A DNA stretch of 64,000 nt, taken from the NCBI GenBank assembly GCA_028826165.1, contig JAPDFW010000092.1, forward strand, positions 930,001 to 994,000. The letters run 5' to 3'. The DNA comes from Anaeramoeba ignava BMAN (lineage: Eukaryota > Protista > Anaeramoebae). Numbering within the stretch: position 1 is the stretch's first letter; each line of letters starts with the position of its first letter. Below are positions 50,573 through 61,900 of the stretch, one piece after another. The notes under the pieces were generated by a model. The model saw only the letters and a program-made list of their open reading frames with translations. It did not search any database and was not told the origin of the DNA. The translations under genes were made by a program, and so were the position numbers.

Positions 50573-52060
50573 TTAATCATGTTTTCGATGAGAATGAGAA
50601 TGTTTAGCAGGGATAATTATTTCACCTTCTTCTCTTTCTTCTTGAAGAGAATTAGATTTTTTTGAAGAATTTTTTATGGAATGATTTTGATTTTGATTTT
50701 GAAATTGATTTTGAAATTGATTTTCATTTTGAAATTGATTTTGAAATTGATTTTGAAATTGATTTTCATTTTGATTTTGATTTTGAAATTGATTTTGAAA
50801 TTGATTTTGATTTTGAAATTGATTTTCATTTTGAAATTGATTTTCATTTTGAAATTGATTTTCATTTTGAAATTGATTTTCATTTTCAAATTGATTTTGA
50901 AATTGATTTTGATTTTGAAATTGATTTTCAAATTGATTTTGATTTTCAAATTGATTTTCATTTTCAAATTGATTTTCATTCGATTTCTTCGGCTTCTCTT
51001 TTGTTCTACTACGTTGCTTGCCTTCTTTTTCTTTCTCCTTACTATGCACACTCTTTTTTTCATGAGATTTTCTATGAACTTTTTCTCTTTTTTCACGATG
51101 ATTTGACTCTTTAGAATCCTTATAATCACGAGAATGGTCTCTCTTTTTTCTCTTTTCAATGCTTCTATTTCTTTTGTCTCTCTCATGTTTTCTAGAATGA
51201 GATCTTTCCTTATGACGATTGCTTGCCTTTTTTCTTTCGATTTCTCTTTCCAATTGAAGAAAATCTCTTCGCTTTTTTCTGAGTTCAACAAGCATGTTCC
51301 TAATTTTTAAATAGCCAATATGAAGTCTACCTCTATAATGGTCCGTTAAACGTTGAGCAGAATCATTAACACTCAACAACGCGCAGCAAGTCTCACAAAC
51401 AATAAGCCTTTGTTCCTTGATAGTAATTGACGACATTTTGGATTCAATTTCGAGCCGTTTATTTTTTAGCTCTTCAATTTGCTCAAGTTTTTGTTGGGAT
51501 TCCTCGACTCTTCCGCGCTCACCAAGCGCCTCGACTTCCTTGAGGACTTTTGATATTTGGTTCTCGATATCAACGATCTCTCTAGGGTCAGTATTCGATT
51601 GTCTTTCTTCGTCAAGTTTTCGCTGTGCTTTCATCCCGCGTTCATCAACTTCCCGAATAAGTCGCTCCAAAAAATCCTCAAGATCTCTTTCGTATCCATA
51701 CTCTCCGTAATGCTTATCCGCGCGATACTGCTCTTTTATATGCTCGGGAACTGGGCAGCATAAATAGGGACATGGTCCCATATCTGCTCGCGTGTTTGTG
51801 AAAAGTTGATATGGACATAACCCGACTAGATCGTATTTGCAAACCCGTTCGTCTCCGTAATCTTTGATTGCTTCCGCTTCGTTGTATTCTCCGTTCCGGT
51901 TCCGTCCCATTAGCTCGTCTAATATTCGCCCTGTTTTGTCAGTCTCTGTGGGTCGCCGGAAACATGTTCGTACTACGTATTCTTCTTTCCCTTTCTTTCG
52001 ACTTCGCCGTTTTTTTCCTCTTGTTATTTCCGTTTGATCTTTTCTTTTAACTCTTGACAT
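50573..52060 (-). CDS. LUC7: LUC7-like U1 snRNP protein
   Basis: ILDELMGRNRNG, VCKYDLVGLCPYQLFTNTRADMGPC, ALGERGRVEESQ, LIVCETCCALLSVNDSAQRLTDHYRGRLHIGY, R/S/K-rich tail with NQF repeats. True ATG probably 52060. Confidence 0.94.
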   Translation of the reverse strand: MSRVKRKDQTEITRGKKRRSRKKGKEEYVVRTCFRRPTETDKTGRILDELMGRNRNGEYNEAEAIKDYGDERVCKYDLVGLCPYQLFTNTRADMGPCPYLCCPVPEHIKEQYRADKHYGEYGYERDLEDFLERLIREVDERGMKAQRKLDEERQSNTDPREIVDIENQISKVLKEVEALGERGRVEESQQKLEQIEELKNKRLEIESKMSSITIKEQRLIVCETCCALLSVNDSAQRLTDHYRGRLHIGYLKIRNMLVELRKKRRDFLQLEREIERKKASNRHKERSHSRKHERDKRNRSIEKRKKRDHSRDYKDSKESNHREKREKVHRKSHEKKSVHSKEKEKEGKQRSRTKEKPKKSNENQFENENQFENQNQFENQFQNQNQFQNQFENENQFQNENQFQNENQFQNENQFQNQNQFQNQFQNQNQNENQFQNQFQNQFQNENQFQNQFQNQNQNHSIKNSSKKSNSLQEEREEGEIIIPAKHSHSHRKHD

Positions 52061-52245
52061 TATTTTTTTTATTAAATGAAAAATGAAAAATGAAAAATGA
52101 AAAATAATTTTCAAAAATAATTTTTAATTTCAAAATGAATTTTAATTTCAAAATAAATTCAAAATAAATTCAAAATAATTTTTAATTTCAAAATAAAATT
52201 TAATTTCAAAATAATTTTTAATTTCAATTTTAATTTTAAAAATAA

Positions 52246-55069
52246 TTATTTTTCAAAATCAACTAAATATGATCCTAAAATTGATTTTTGATTTAATAGA
52301 TAAAAATATTTTAAATCAATATATTCTGAAATATTTTCTTTGGTTAATTTTGTTTCATCAATTTTATCATTATAAAGAAAATAAATTAATTGTTGAATTG
52401 TTTCAAATGATTTTCCTGAATAATCATGAACTTGATTTGATGAATCATTAACACTTAAAAACATTCCTCTAAATAATTCACTTCTTATTTGTAATATTAA
52501 TTTATGAACTTTAATTTCTTTTTCTTCAACAATTATTGTAAAATCTTTAGTTTCATTTTCTTGATAAAATTGTTCAAAATCTTTTAATATTCCTTTTATT
52601 CCTTCTTTTTCTTTAATCCATTTTAAATCAAATCCAATTTCTTTAAATAAATCATAAATTAATCCTTTTTGAAATTCTTCATTTTGTTTTTCAAATTTAT
52701 TTATAATTAATTCTTGTTCTTTTTTTTGTTTTTTAAGTTCAAGTTTATTTGAAAATAAAAATTTGAAATTTAGATCTAAATTAAATTTTGATTTTTTTTG
52801 AATAAATTGATTATTAAATTTTTCAATAAATTTATCAAAATCAATAAATCCTGTATAAAGAAAATTTAATGTAAATTGAATAATTTCTTTTGGTTTTCTT
52901 TTGCAAATATTGATAAATTTTGTTAAAATTGTTTGGTTATTATCAAATCTAATTAATAAAATTTGTTTATGAGCTTTGATTATTTCACCATTATCACTTT
53001 TAATTTCAATATCTTTAAATTCATTTGATTTCAAAAAATTGTTTAAATCATCATTAAATGAATAAATTTTAGGAAATAAATCAATCATTTCTTGATTAAT
53101 TTCATTTTCTTTCCTTTCAAAAATATTCAAATCTCTCATTAATAGAATTATAATTTCGTTTGAATATTTATTTTTCAAAGCAATATTTAAAGCTATTTCA
53201 TTTTGTTTATTTTTGGAATTAATATCAGAACCATTGTAAATTAATAATTCAATAATTTCTTTTGGTTTTTGCTTTTTCAAAGCAATATGTAAAGGTGTTT
53301 CATTCCATTTATTTTTTGAATTAATATCAGAACCTTTAGAAATTAATAATTCAATAATCTCATTTGAATTTTGATTTTTCAAAGCAATATGTAAAGGTAT
53401 TTCATTATTCCATTCATTTTTTGAATTAATATCAGAACCTTTGGAAATTAATAATTTGATAATTTCATTTTGAATATTTATTTTCTAAAGCAATATGTAA
53501 AGGTGTTCCATCCCATTTATTTTTTGAATTAATATCAGAACCTTTAGAAATTAATAATTCAATAATTTCTTTTGAATTTTTGTTTTTCAAAGCAATATGT
53601 AAAGGTATTTCATTTTCATTATTTTTTGAATTAATATCAGAACCTTTAGAAATTAATAATTCAATAATTTCTTTTGAATTTTTATGTCTTAGAGCAATAT
53701 GTAAAGGTATTTCTTTTTGAAAATTTTTTGAATTAATATCAGAACATTTGGAAATTAATAATTCAATAATTTCTTTTGTATTTTTATGTCTTAAAGCAAT
53801 ATGTAAAGGTATTTCATCCCATTCATTTTTTGAATTAATATCAGATTCTTTGGAAATTAATAATTCAATAATTTCTTTTGAATATTTTTTTTCTAAAGCA
53901 ATATGTAAAGGTATTTCATCATGATAATTTTTTGAATTAATATCAGAACCTTTGGAAATTAATAATTTGATAATTTCTTTTGTATTTTTGTTTTTCAAAG
54001 CAATATGTAAAGGTATTTCATCTTGATAATTTTTTGAATTAATATCAGAACCTTTGGAAATTAATAATTCAATAATTTCTTTTGTATTTTTATGTCTTAG
54101 AGCAATATGTAAAGGTATTTCATCCCATTTATTTTTTGAATTAATATCAGAACCATTAGAAATTAATAATTTAATAATTTCTTTTGAATATTTATTTTCC
54201 AAAGCAATATGTAAAGGTATTTCATTTTGATCATTTTTTGAATTAATATCAGAACCTTTGGAAATTAATAATTTGATAATTTCTTTTGGATTTTTGTTTT
54301 TCAAAGCAATATGTAAAGGTATTCCATCATGATAATTTTTTGAATTAATATCAGAACCTTTGGAAATTAATAATTCAATAATTTCATTTGAATATTTATT
54401 TTCCAAAGCAATATGTAAAGGTATTTCATTTTGTTTATTTTTTGAATTAATATCAGAACCTTTGGAAATTAATAATTCAATAATTTCTTTTGTATTTTTG
54501 TTTCTTAGAGCAATATGTAAAGGTATTTCTTTCAAATAATCATTTTTTGAATTAATATCAGAACCTTTAGAAATTAATAATTCAATAATTTCATTTGAAT
54601 TTTTGTTTTTCAAAGCAATATGTAAAGGTATTTCATTTTCATTATTTTTTGAATTAATATCAGAACCTTTGGAAATTAATAATTCAATAATTTCTTTTGT
54701 ATTTTTATGTCTTAGAGCAATATGTAAAGGTATTTCTTTTTGAAAATTTTTTGAATTAATATCAGAACATTTGGAAATTAATAATTCAATAATTTCATTT
54801 GAATATTTACGTTTCAAAGCAATATGTAAAGGTATTTCATCCCATTTATTTTTTGAATTAATATCAGAACCTTTGGAAATTAATAATTCAATAATTTCTT
54901 TTTTTGATTTTTTTTCTAAAGCATAATTTAGAAAAGGTTTATTTTCTTTTTCAAAATTTTCTATTGTTTTCAAATTTGAAATTGTATCAAAAAATTGAAT
55001 ATTATTTGTTTTTATTGCTTCATAAACTTTTTTTAATTCATTTTTATAATTTTCTTTATTTGAATTCAT
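52246..55069 (-). CDS. Ankyrin-repeat (~18 x 34 aa) plus two BTB/POZ domains; single gene with a 1-nt frameshift at ~53468
   Basis: IPLHIAL...EIIELLISKGSDINSKN repeats; BTB1 FKDIEI...IKAHKQILLIR...LNFLYTG; BTB2 KDFTIIVEEKEIKVHKLILQIRSELFRGMF...LIYFLY. The repeat continues through 53383-53464 in the shifted frame. Confidence 0.9.
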
Positions 55070-55273
55070 TTCTATAATTTATTTTCTTTTTTTAAATGAA
55101 AAAAAATGAAATTTGAAAAAATGAAATTTAATTTTTAATTTTGATTTTAATTTCAATTTTGATTTTAATTTCAATTTTGATTTTAATTTTAATTTTAATT
55201 TTAATTTTAATTTTAATTTTAATTTTCAAGTTAAATTTTCAAGTTAAATTTTATTTCTGAAGGGAAAATATAT

Positions 55274-56863
55274 TCAATCTTCTTTTTGTTTTGCTTTAAA
55301 TCCATTTCGATTTTGATTTTGTTCATTTATAAAAACTTCTAAATCACTTAAATCAATAAAATCTTGGCGTAAATTATTATCAATTTGATGCGAATTAGCA
55401 AGATATTGTTTAAGATAAATAAAAACAAAAACCAAAGAAACAAAAAAGAGGGCGAAGCAAATAAGAAAGAAAATATAGTGATAACGAGAATTCAAAATAA
55501 TGAAGTGAACAGGAAACTTAGTTTGATGTATATTCGAGAGATGATATATAATAGAACCTGTAGTCCAAGAAATCTCTGTTTCATCAACAGATCCGATCTT
55601 GTTTATATTCTGTTCGCCATTAATTGAAAAACCAAATATGTTTTCTAAAAGAGTATTTGAATAGACCAAATAAAAGCAATAAAGACCCAAATAGGGGAAA
55701 GTGCGCGTATTTTTGTGATGTGTTTTGACCATTTCAGAGTATTTCAAATTGCAGTATTGATCTCCTTTTTGCGTAAGTTCTTGGATAGTCGAGTTTGGAT
55801 TATCATTTCCAAAAAGGAAAGAATTGAGATGAAAAAAGACTGAAAGCCCAACATAACTGTCTTGTAAATCGGGCTGGAATGTGCCGTTTATTGAGCAGTT
55901 TGAAAAGTTGCATTTTTTATTGGGGAATTTTGCCTGAAGGATTTCTTGTTTACATTCTTGATAATCAAAATTGCCAAGAACAAATTTGCAATTTTCTTTG
56001 TTTGTTGTGCAAAAATCACCCCAAAAGCCATATGGATAACACGAAGAAATAGCAATCGAATGACCGCGATAATCAAGTGATTTTTGGTGATCCTCAAGAT
56101 ATTGAATCATTTGAATATTTGCTTCTGTGGCGCCATAACCAAGAAAAGAAACCGCATAAACACGGTATATTGAGCCATTGATAAAGAGTTTATGGAAAAG
56201 ACTTTTGTCCTCGACGCTCGACTGATTAATCGCAGAAGGAACATAAGCAATCTGAACAGAGCCGCCGCCGAGGTCAAGACATCCAATGGTGGATTTATTG
56301 GAGTGAAGTGAAGAATTTTCAATTTCGAAATTTCCTGTCAAAAAATTCACAGTAATCCATCCAAATAAACTTTCCTCCTCTCCAGTAATCACTCGTATAT
56401 TTTCTGGGGTGTATAAAAACGGATACTCATGTACGACTTCGCGACATTTGTTGATGATAGATTCTTGTTGTTTTTTTGGAAGTAAACGAATTCCTGCTGT
56501 CGCTTGTAAATAGACAACTGTTGATTTATATTTGTTTTTTGGAATGTGATCCATTGCAAAATCAAGGAGATCTCCAACAAGACTATCAATCATTTCAAGG
56601 TTTTTATGGCTGTAAGATATCCCTGGTTTGGTTTTAAATTCAGGCGCAATTTCTTCAACAAATGGTGTCATTTCTTCTGTTGATTCACTCCATTTATAAA
56701 TGTGTATTCGACTTCCTGTTGATCCTGCATCTATTACTATCCCATATTTCGTTATTGTTTCTCCTGGAAATGTTTCTTGTGGTTCGCCTGAAAGAAGATA
56801 TATTCCAATTAATGAAAATGATAGTAACCAAATGGAAAAATATAATTTATGTTTGATTGCCAT
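55274..56863 (-). CDS. GDA1/CD39 family NTPDase/apyrase with N- and C-terminal TM segments
   Basis: Apyrase conserved regions: YGIVIDAGSTGSRIHIY, ATAGIRLL, ITGEEESLFGWITVNF, LDLGGGSVQI, SFLGYG, ISWTTG. Intronless. Confidence 0.96.
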   Translation of the reverse strand: MAIKHKLYFSIWLLSFSLIGIYLLSGEPQETFPGETITKYGIVIDAGSTGSRIHIYKWSESTEEMTPFVEEIAPEFKTKPGISYSHKNLEMIDSLVGDLLDFAMDHIPKNKYKSTVVYLQATAGIRLLPKKQQESIINKCREVVHEYPFLYTPENIRVITGEEESLFGWITVNFLTGNFEIENSSLHSNKSTIGCLDLGGGSVQIAYVPSAINQSSVEDKSLFHKLFINGSIYRVYAVSFLGYGATEANIQMIQYLEDHQKSLDYRGHSIAISSCYPYGFWGDFCTTNKENCKFVLGNFDYQECKQEILQAKFPNKKCNFSNCSINGTFQPDLQDSYVGLSVFFHLNSFLFGNDNPNSTIQELTQKGDQYCNLKYSEMVKTHHKNTRTFPYLGLYCFYLVYSNTLLENIFGFSINGEQNINKIGSVDETEISWTTGSIIYHLSNIHQTKFPVHFIILNSRYHYIFFLICFALFFVSLVFVFIYLKQYLANSHQIDNNLRQDFIDLSDLEVFINEQNQNRNGFKAKQKED

Positions 56864-57116
56864 TATTTTTTATTTTATTTTTTATTTTATTATTTTCAAA
56901 AAATTTAAAAAAGAAAAAAAATGAAAAAAAATTTTTCCTTTTTAATTTTTAATTTTTAATTTTTAATTTTCATTTTTCCTTTTTAATTTTTAATTTTTAA
57001 TTTTTTAATTTTTCATTTTTCATTTTTTCCTTTTTAATTTTTAATTTTTCATTTTTAATTTTTAATTTTTAATTTTTAATTTTTCATTTTTAATTTTTAA
57101 TTTATTTTACAAACAA

Positions 57117-58728
57117 ATGAAAAATCAATCAAAAATTGATGAACAAAAAAAAAAACTCCAAAAATTAAAAAAAAAATATCAAGGAAATAAACAAGAAGTT
57201 TTAGTAAAAAAATTCTAAAAAAATTCTAAATTAAATTCTAAATTAAATTATAATTTAAATTCTTTGAAAAATTAGAAAAAATTTGAAAAAAAAATTGCTT
57301 CTCATATGTTTCTTTCTGAACTTGAATTTTATATATCAAACGGAGCAGATCCAACAATTAGAGTTGTAAATTCTTTTTAAATTTTTTATTAAAAAAAAGT
57401 TGTCTGATTTTGTTTTAATTAATTTTTATTCCACTTTTTATTTTTTTTTTATTTTTTTATTTAGAAAAATCTTGTAAATTTTAAATTAAATTTTAAATTT
57501 TAAATTAAAATTATTATTTTTTTTTGAAATAAAAATAACACTTCATTATTTTTTAGAAAGTAAATAATTTATTCTTGCTTTTTTTTTTTAAAAATGTTTT
57601 ATTTATAATTTCAATTTAAAATAGAATCAAAATAGAATTCATTTTCAAGCAAAAAGTGCACATGTTGATGATGTTCAAGTTTTAATTTATTTATGTGAAA
57701 AATACAAAAAAAATTTAGATGATCAAGATGTATAATTTAAATTTTATGCAAAAAAAAAGAAGTTTTTTTAAATTAAATTTTTTAAATTAAAAGTCGGTAA
57801 AAAAAAAAAATTTTAATTTAAAAAAAAGATATTTAATCCAAAAAAAAATATATCAATAAATATAGGAAGGAAATACTCCTCTTCATTATGCATGTTTGTC
57901 AGGAATTATTAAAAATGCTAAAATGCTTTTTCTAAATGGAGCAAATCCTTATATTTTAAATGTATAAAAAAAAAATTCATTTCCTTTTTGGATTATTTTT
58001 CAATTTTAAAAATAAAATTAAAAATAATTTAATTCATTTTTTTTTTAGAATGAACAGAAGAATGCAGCAGAAATGTTTGAAGCTAGACATGAAAATCTTA
58101 GACAAGAATTTATACAATTCATTAATCAAAGTAAATCAAAAAAAAAATTTTTTATTCCACTTTTTTTTTTTACTTATTCAAAAAAAATTATCTTTAATTT
58201 ATTTATTAATTTATTTATTAATTTATTTATTAATTTATTAGCAAAAGAAGAAAAAGAAATCGAAAAAGAAGAAAAAAAGCAAAAACAAAAAGAAAAACAA
58301 AAAGAAAAAGAAAAACAAAAAGAAAAAGAAAACAAAAACAAAAACAAAAAGAAAAAGAAAAAGAAAAAGAAAAAGAAAAAGAAATAACAGAGTTAAATAT
58401 TTCAATTAAAAATGATTATGAAAATTTTGAAACTATTCCTTATAAAGAAAAAAAAAATTCAAAAAATAATTTGGACGATCTTATTGCTTTTATGGAAATT
58501 TGTCAAAAAATTAGGAATTTCATTTCAAAAAAAAAGAATTCAAAATTTAAAACTCAAAAAAAACAAAAAAGTTTTGATTGTTTATCAAAAAAATTTTCGG
58601 AATTTACTCAAATTTTTGAATTAAAAAAAAATCAATTTAAAAAAAATGAAATAATTCGATTTAATTCAAAAGATTCTTTATTATTTGATGAAATTATTCA
58701 AGAATATTTAAATTTTCAAAAATATTAA
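57117..58728 (+). CDS. Small multi-exon ankyrin-repeat protein with K/E/Q-rich insert
   Basis: Exons spliced via GT-AG: ...YISNGADPTIRV, IHFQAKS...LDDQD, EGNTPLHYACLSG...LNGANPYILN, NEQKNAAEMF...; apparent 1-nt loss in the repeat near 58330 before ORF 58471-58728. Exon structure at 57366-57633 uncertain. Confidence 0.65.
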
Positions 58729-58909
58729 AATGTTTTGTTTCTTTTTTTTGTTTTGTTTTTTAAAAATGAAAAAAAAAAATTCAAAAATAAAAATTTCATT
58801 TTTTTCATTTTCTTCATTTTTTAAATTTTTTTTTTTTTAGATCTTCTAATTAATTGTATAAAATAATAATTAATAGTGAAAATAATATTATAATCATTTA
58901 TAAAAAAAA

Positions 58910-61900
58910 ATGTCACGAAGATCTCATTTCCGAAATTCAATCAAAACAGAAGAAAAAACTGAAATTAATAAAGAAATTGAAAATCTTGTTCTTTATTCTC
59001 AAGATTTTCGATTTTTTCCAAATTATCAAAGACTTCATTGGTTTATTAATCATCTTTTTTTATCACCTTATAAAATTTATAATGAAGATAATTATGTAAA
59101 TAATAAAATATTCTTAAATTTTTTTTTTTTGTAAAAAAGGGATAAAAAATTTTTTTAACAATTCAAAAAATGAATTAAAAAAATTAAAAAAAAAAAAGTT
59201 GACTTTATTATCAATCAATAATAAACAAATTAAAAATAATTCTCAAAAACAACGAGGATTATCACAGAATCAGAGTATTGATTCTGAATTTATACTTACT
59301 CAAAAGTCCAATGTACAAATTTTCTATGGAGCATATCGTGTAGTTGTTAGTCTTGATCTTAGTCGATCACTTGATTGTATTGATCCTTTAACAAATAGTA
59401 TATTATTTGATGAAATGAAAATTGCATTAAAAAAAGTTATTAGGTTATTAAGTCAACCTATTAAAATTCGAGGAAACCCAAGGAAAGAAGCTAAATAATC
59501 AAAATTAAATTGAAAATTAAAATCAAAATTAAAATCAAAATCAAAATCAAAAATTAAAATTCAAAATCAAAATTAAAATCAAAAATCCCAAAAATTAAAA
59601 ATCAAAAAAATCAAAATCAAAATCAAAATCAAAAATCAAAATCAAAATCAAAATCAAAAAATCAAAATTAAAAATCAAAAAAAATCAAAATTAAAAAAAT
59701 TAAAAATCAAAATCAAAAAAAATCAAAATAAAAATTAAAATTAAAATTAAAAAAAATCAAAATTAAAATTAAAATCAAAATTAAAATTAAAATTAAAAAT
59801 TAAAAATAAAATTAAAATCAAAAATTAAAATTAAAATTAAAATTAAAAATAAAAAAATTAAAATCAAAATCAAAATTAAAATTAAAATCAAAATCAAAAA
59901 TCAAAATTAAAATTAAAAAAAATTAAAATTAAAATTAAAAATCAAAAATTAAAATCAAAAATCAAAAATAAAAAATTAAAATTAAAAATCAAAATCAAAA
60001 TCAAAATCAAAAAATTCAAAATCAAAATCAAAAAAATTAAAATCAAAAAAATCAAAAATCAAAATTCAAAATCAAAATCTCAAAATTAAAATTAAAAAAA
60101 TTCAAATCAAAATAAAAATAAAAATCAAAATCAAAAATCAAAATCAAAATCAAAATTAAAATCAAAAATCAAAATCAAAAAAATCAAAATTAAAATCAAA
60201 AAAAAATCAAAATCAAAATCAAAAAAATAAAAATCAAAATAAAAAAATCAAAATTAAAATCAAAATTAAAAAAATTAAAATCAAAATCAAAATTAAAAAT
60301 CAAAATCAAAATTAAAATCAAAATTAAAATCAAAATTAAAATCAAAATCAAAATCAAAATTAAAATCAAAATTAAAATCAAAAATCAAAAATTAAAATTA
60401 AAATTAAAAAAAATTAAAAATAAAATTAAAATCAGGAAATCAAATTAAAAAAATTAAAATCAAAAATCAAAATTAAAATCAAAATTAAAATCAAAATTAA
60501 AATCAAAATCAAAAATCAAAATTAAAATCAAAATCAAAATCAAAATTAAAATCAAAATTAAAAATTAAAATTAAAATTAAAATTAAAATCAAAATTAAAA
60601 TTAAAATTAAAATTAAAATCAAAATTAAAATCAAAATTAAAATCAAAATTAAAATAAAAATCAAAATCAAAATTAAAATAAAATTAAAATCAAAATTAAA
60701 ATCAAAATTAAAATCAAAATCAAAATCAAAATCAAAATCAAAATTAAAATCAAAATCAAAATCAAAATTAAAATTAAAATCAAAAAAATTAAAATCAAAA
60801 TCAAAATCAAAATCAAAATTAAAATTAAAATTAAAATTAAAATCTAAATTCAAAATTAAAATCTAAATCTAAATCAAAATCAAAATCAAAATCAAAATTA
60901 AAATTTAGTTCAATCCAGTTATTTATTTGACAATAATTGCGCATTCTTCAGAAAATCAAATTCTACAATGTATTGTTCAAGGACTTGAGCTTGAACCTGA
61001 TGGAATTGATTATCTTTTTAGTTTAATTGAAGAAAAAATACAAAGAATACGAGAAAATTTGAATCCATTAAATATATTTTCAACAAAACAAGAAAAAATA
61101 GAAGAAACACCATTCCAATTATTTCCGAAAATAACAGTTGAAAAATGTTTGAAAAATTGTCTTTTTGCACTTAGTTTATTGCCACAAAAGGCATGTCCTA
61201 TTATCATTCATTTTACTGATGGAGTATGTTCTTTTCCACAAACAATGGGAGAATATGATGGAATAATAATACAAATGAATAGAATGGATGTTTCATGCAA
61301 TATTATTCAAGTTGGGAATTTATTCAGACCAGAATCAACTTTTGGATTTGTTGCTGATGTTGATTCTCTTCATTTTCTAGCTCATTCAACAAAGGGGAGC
61401 TATTATAATGCTGAAGATTTGATGAAATTAAGAAGCAATTTATGGATTTTCCAAAAGGAAATTAAATTTGAATATGAAGAATTTATTCCTATTCAAAGAA
61501 TAGAAAATAGAAATAATACACAAATGAATGAAGTTCGTCAAACTTCTCAGAGAAGTGAAGAGATATGGCAAGAAAAATCACAAGAATTTTTAGGAGAGAT
61601 TACAACATCGTTTCCCTGGAAAGGTTAATATATATAAAATATATATATAAAAAATATATAAATTCAACAAAACAAGAAAATATAAAATATATATCCGAAA
61701 AAAAGTTATATATGAAAAAATATATATAAAATATATATATAAAATATGTTCTTATATGGGAGAAAATATTTATATAAAATGAATAGAATGGATGTTTCAA
61801 AATATAAAAATATTTAAAAATATTCATAAAATATTCATAAAAAATATTCATAAAAGCTCATTCACAAAAATATTTTATAAAATATTCATAAAAATATATA

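Noticed and set aside
47552-52060. PNO1, LSM3 and LUC7 as a functional RNA-processing cluster
   Set aside because: Different complexes, mixed orientation and an unrelated gene in between; chance adjacency is sufficient.
7380-58845. GATC recurring upstream of several genes (7384, 23847, 26514, 36635-36674, 58840)
   Set aside because: Also present in introns and a convergent 3' gap; too short to support without statistics.
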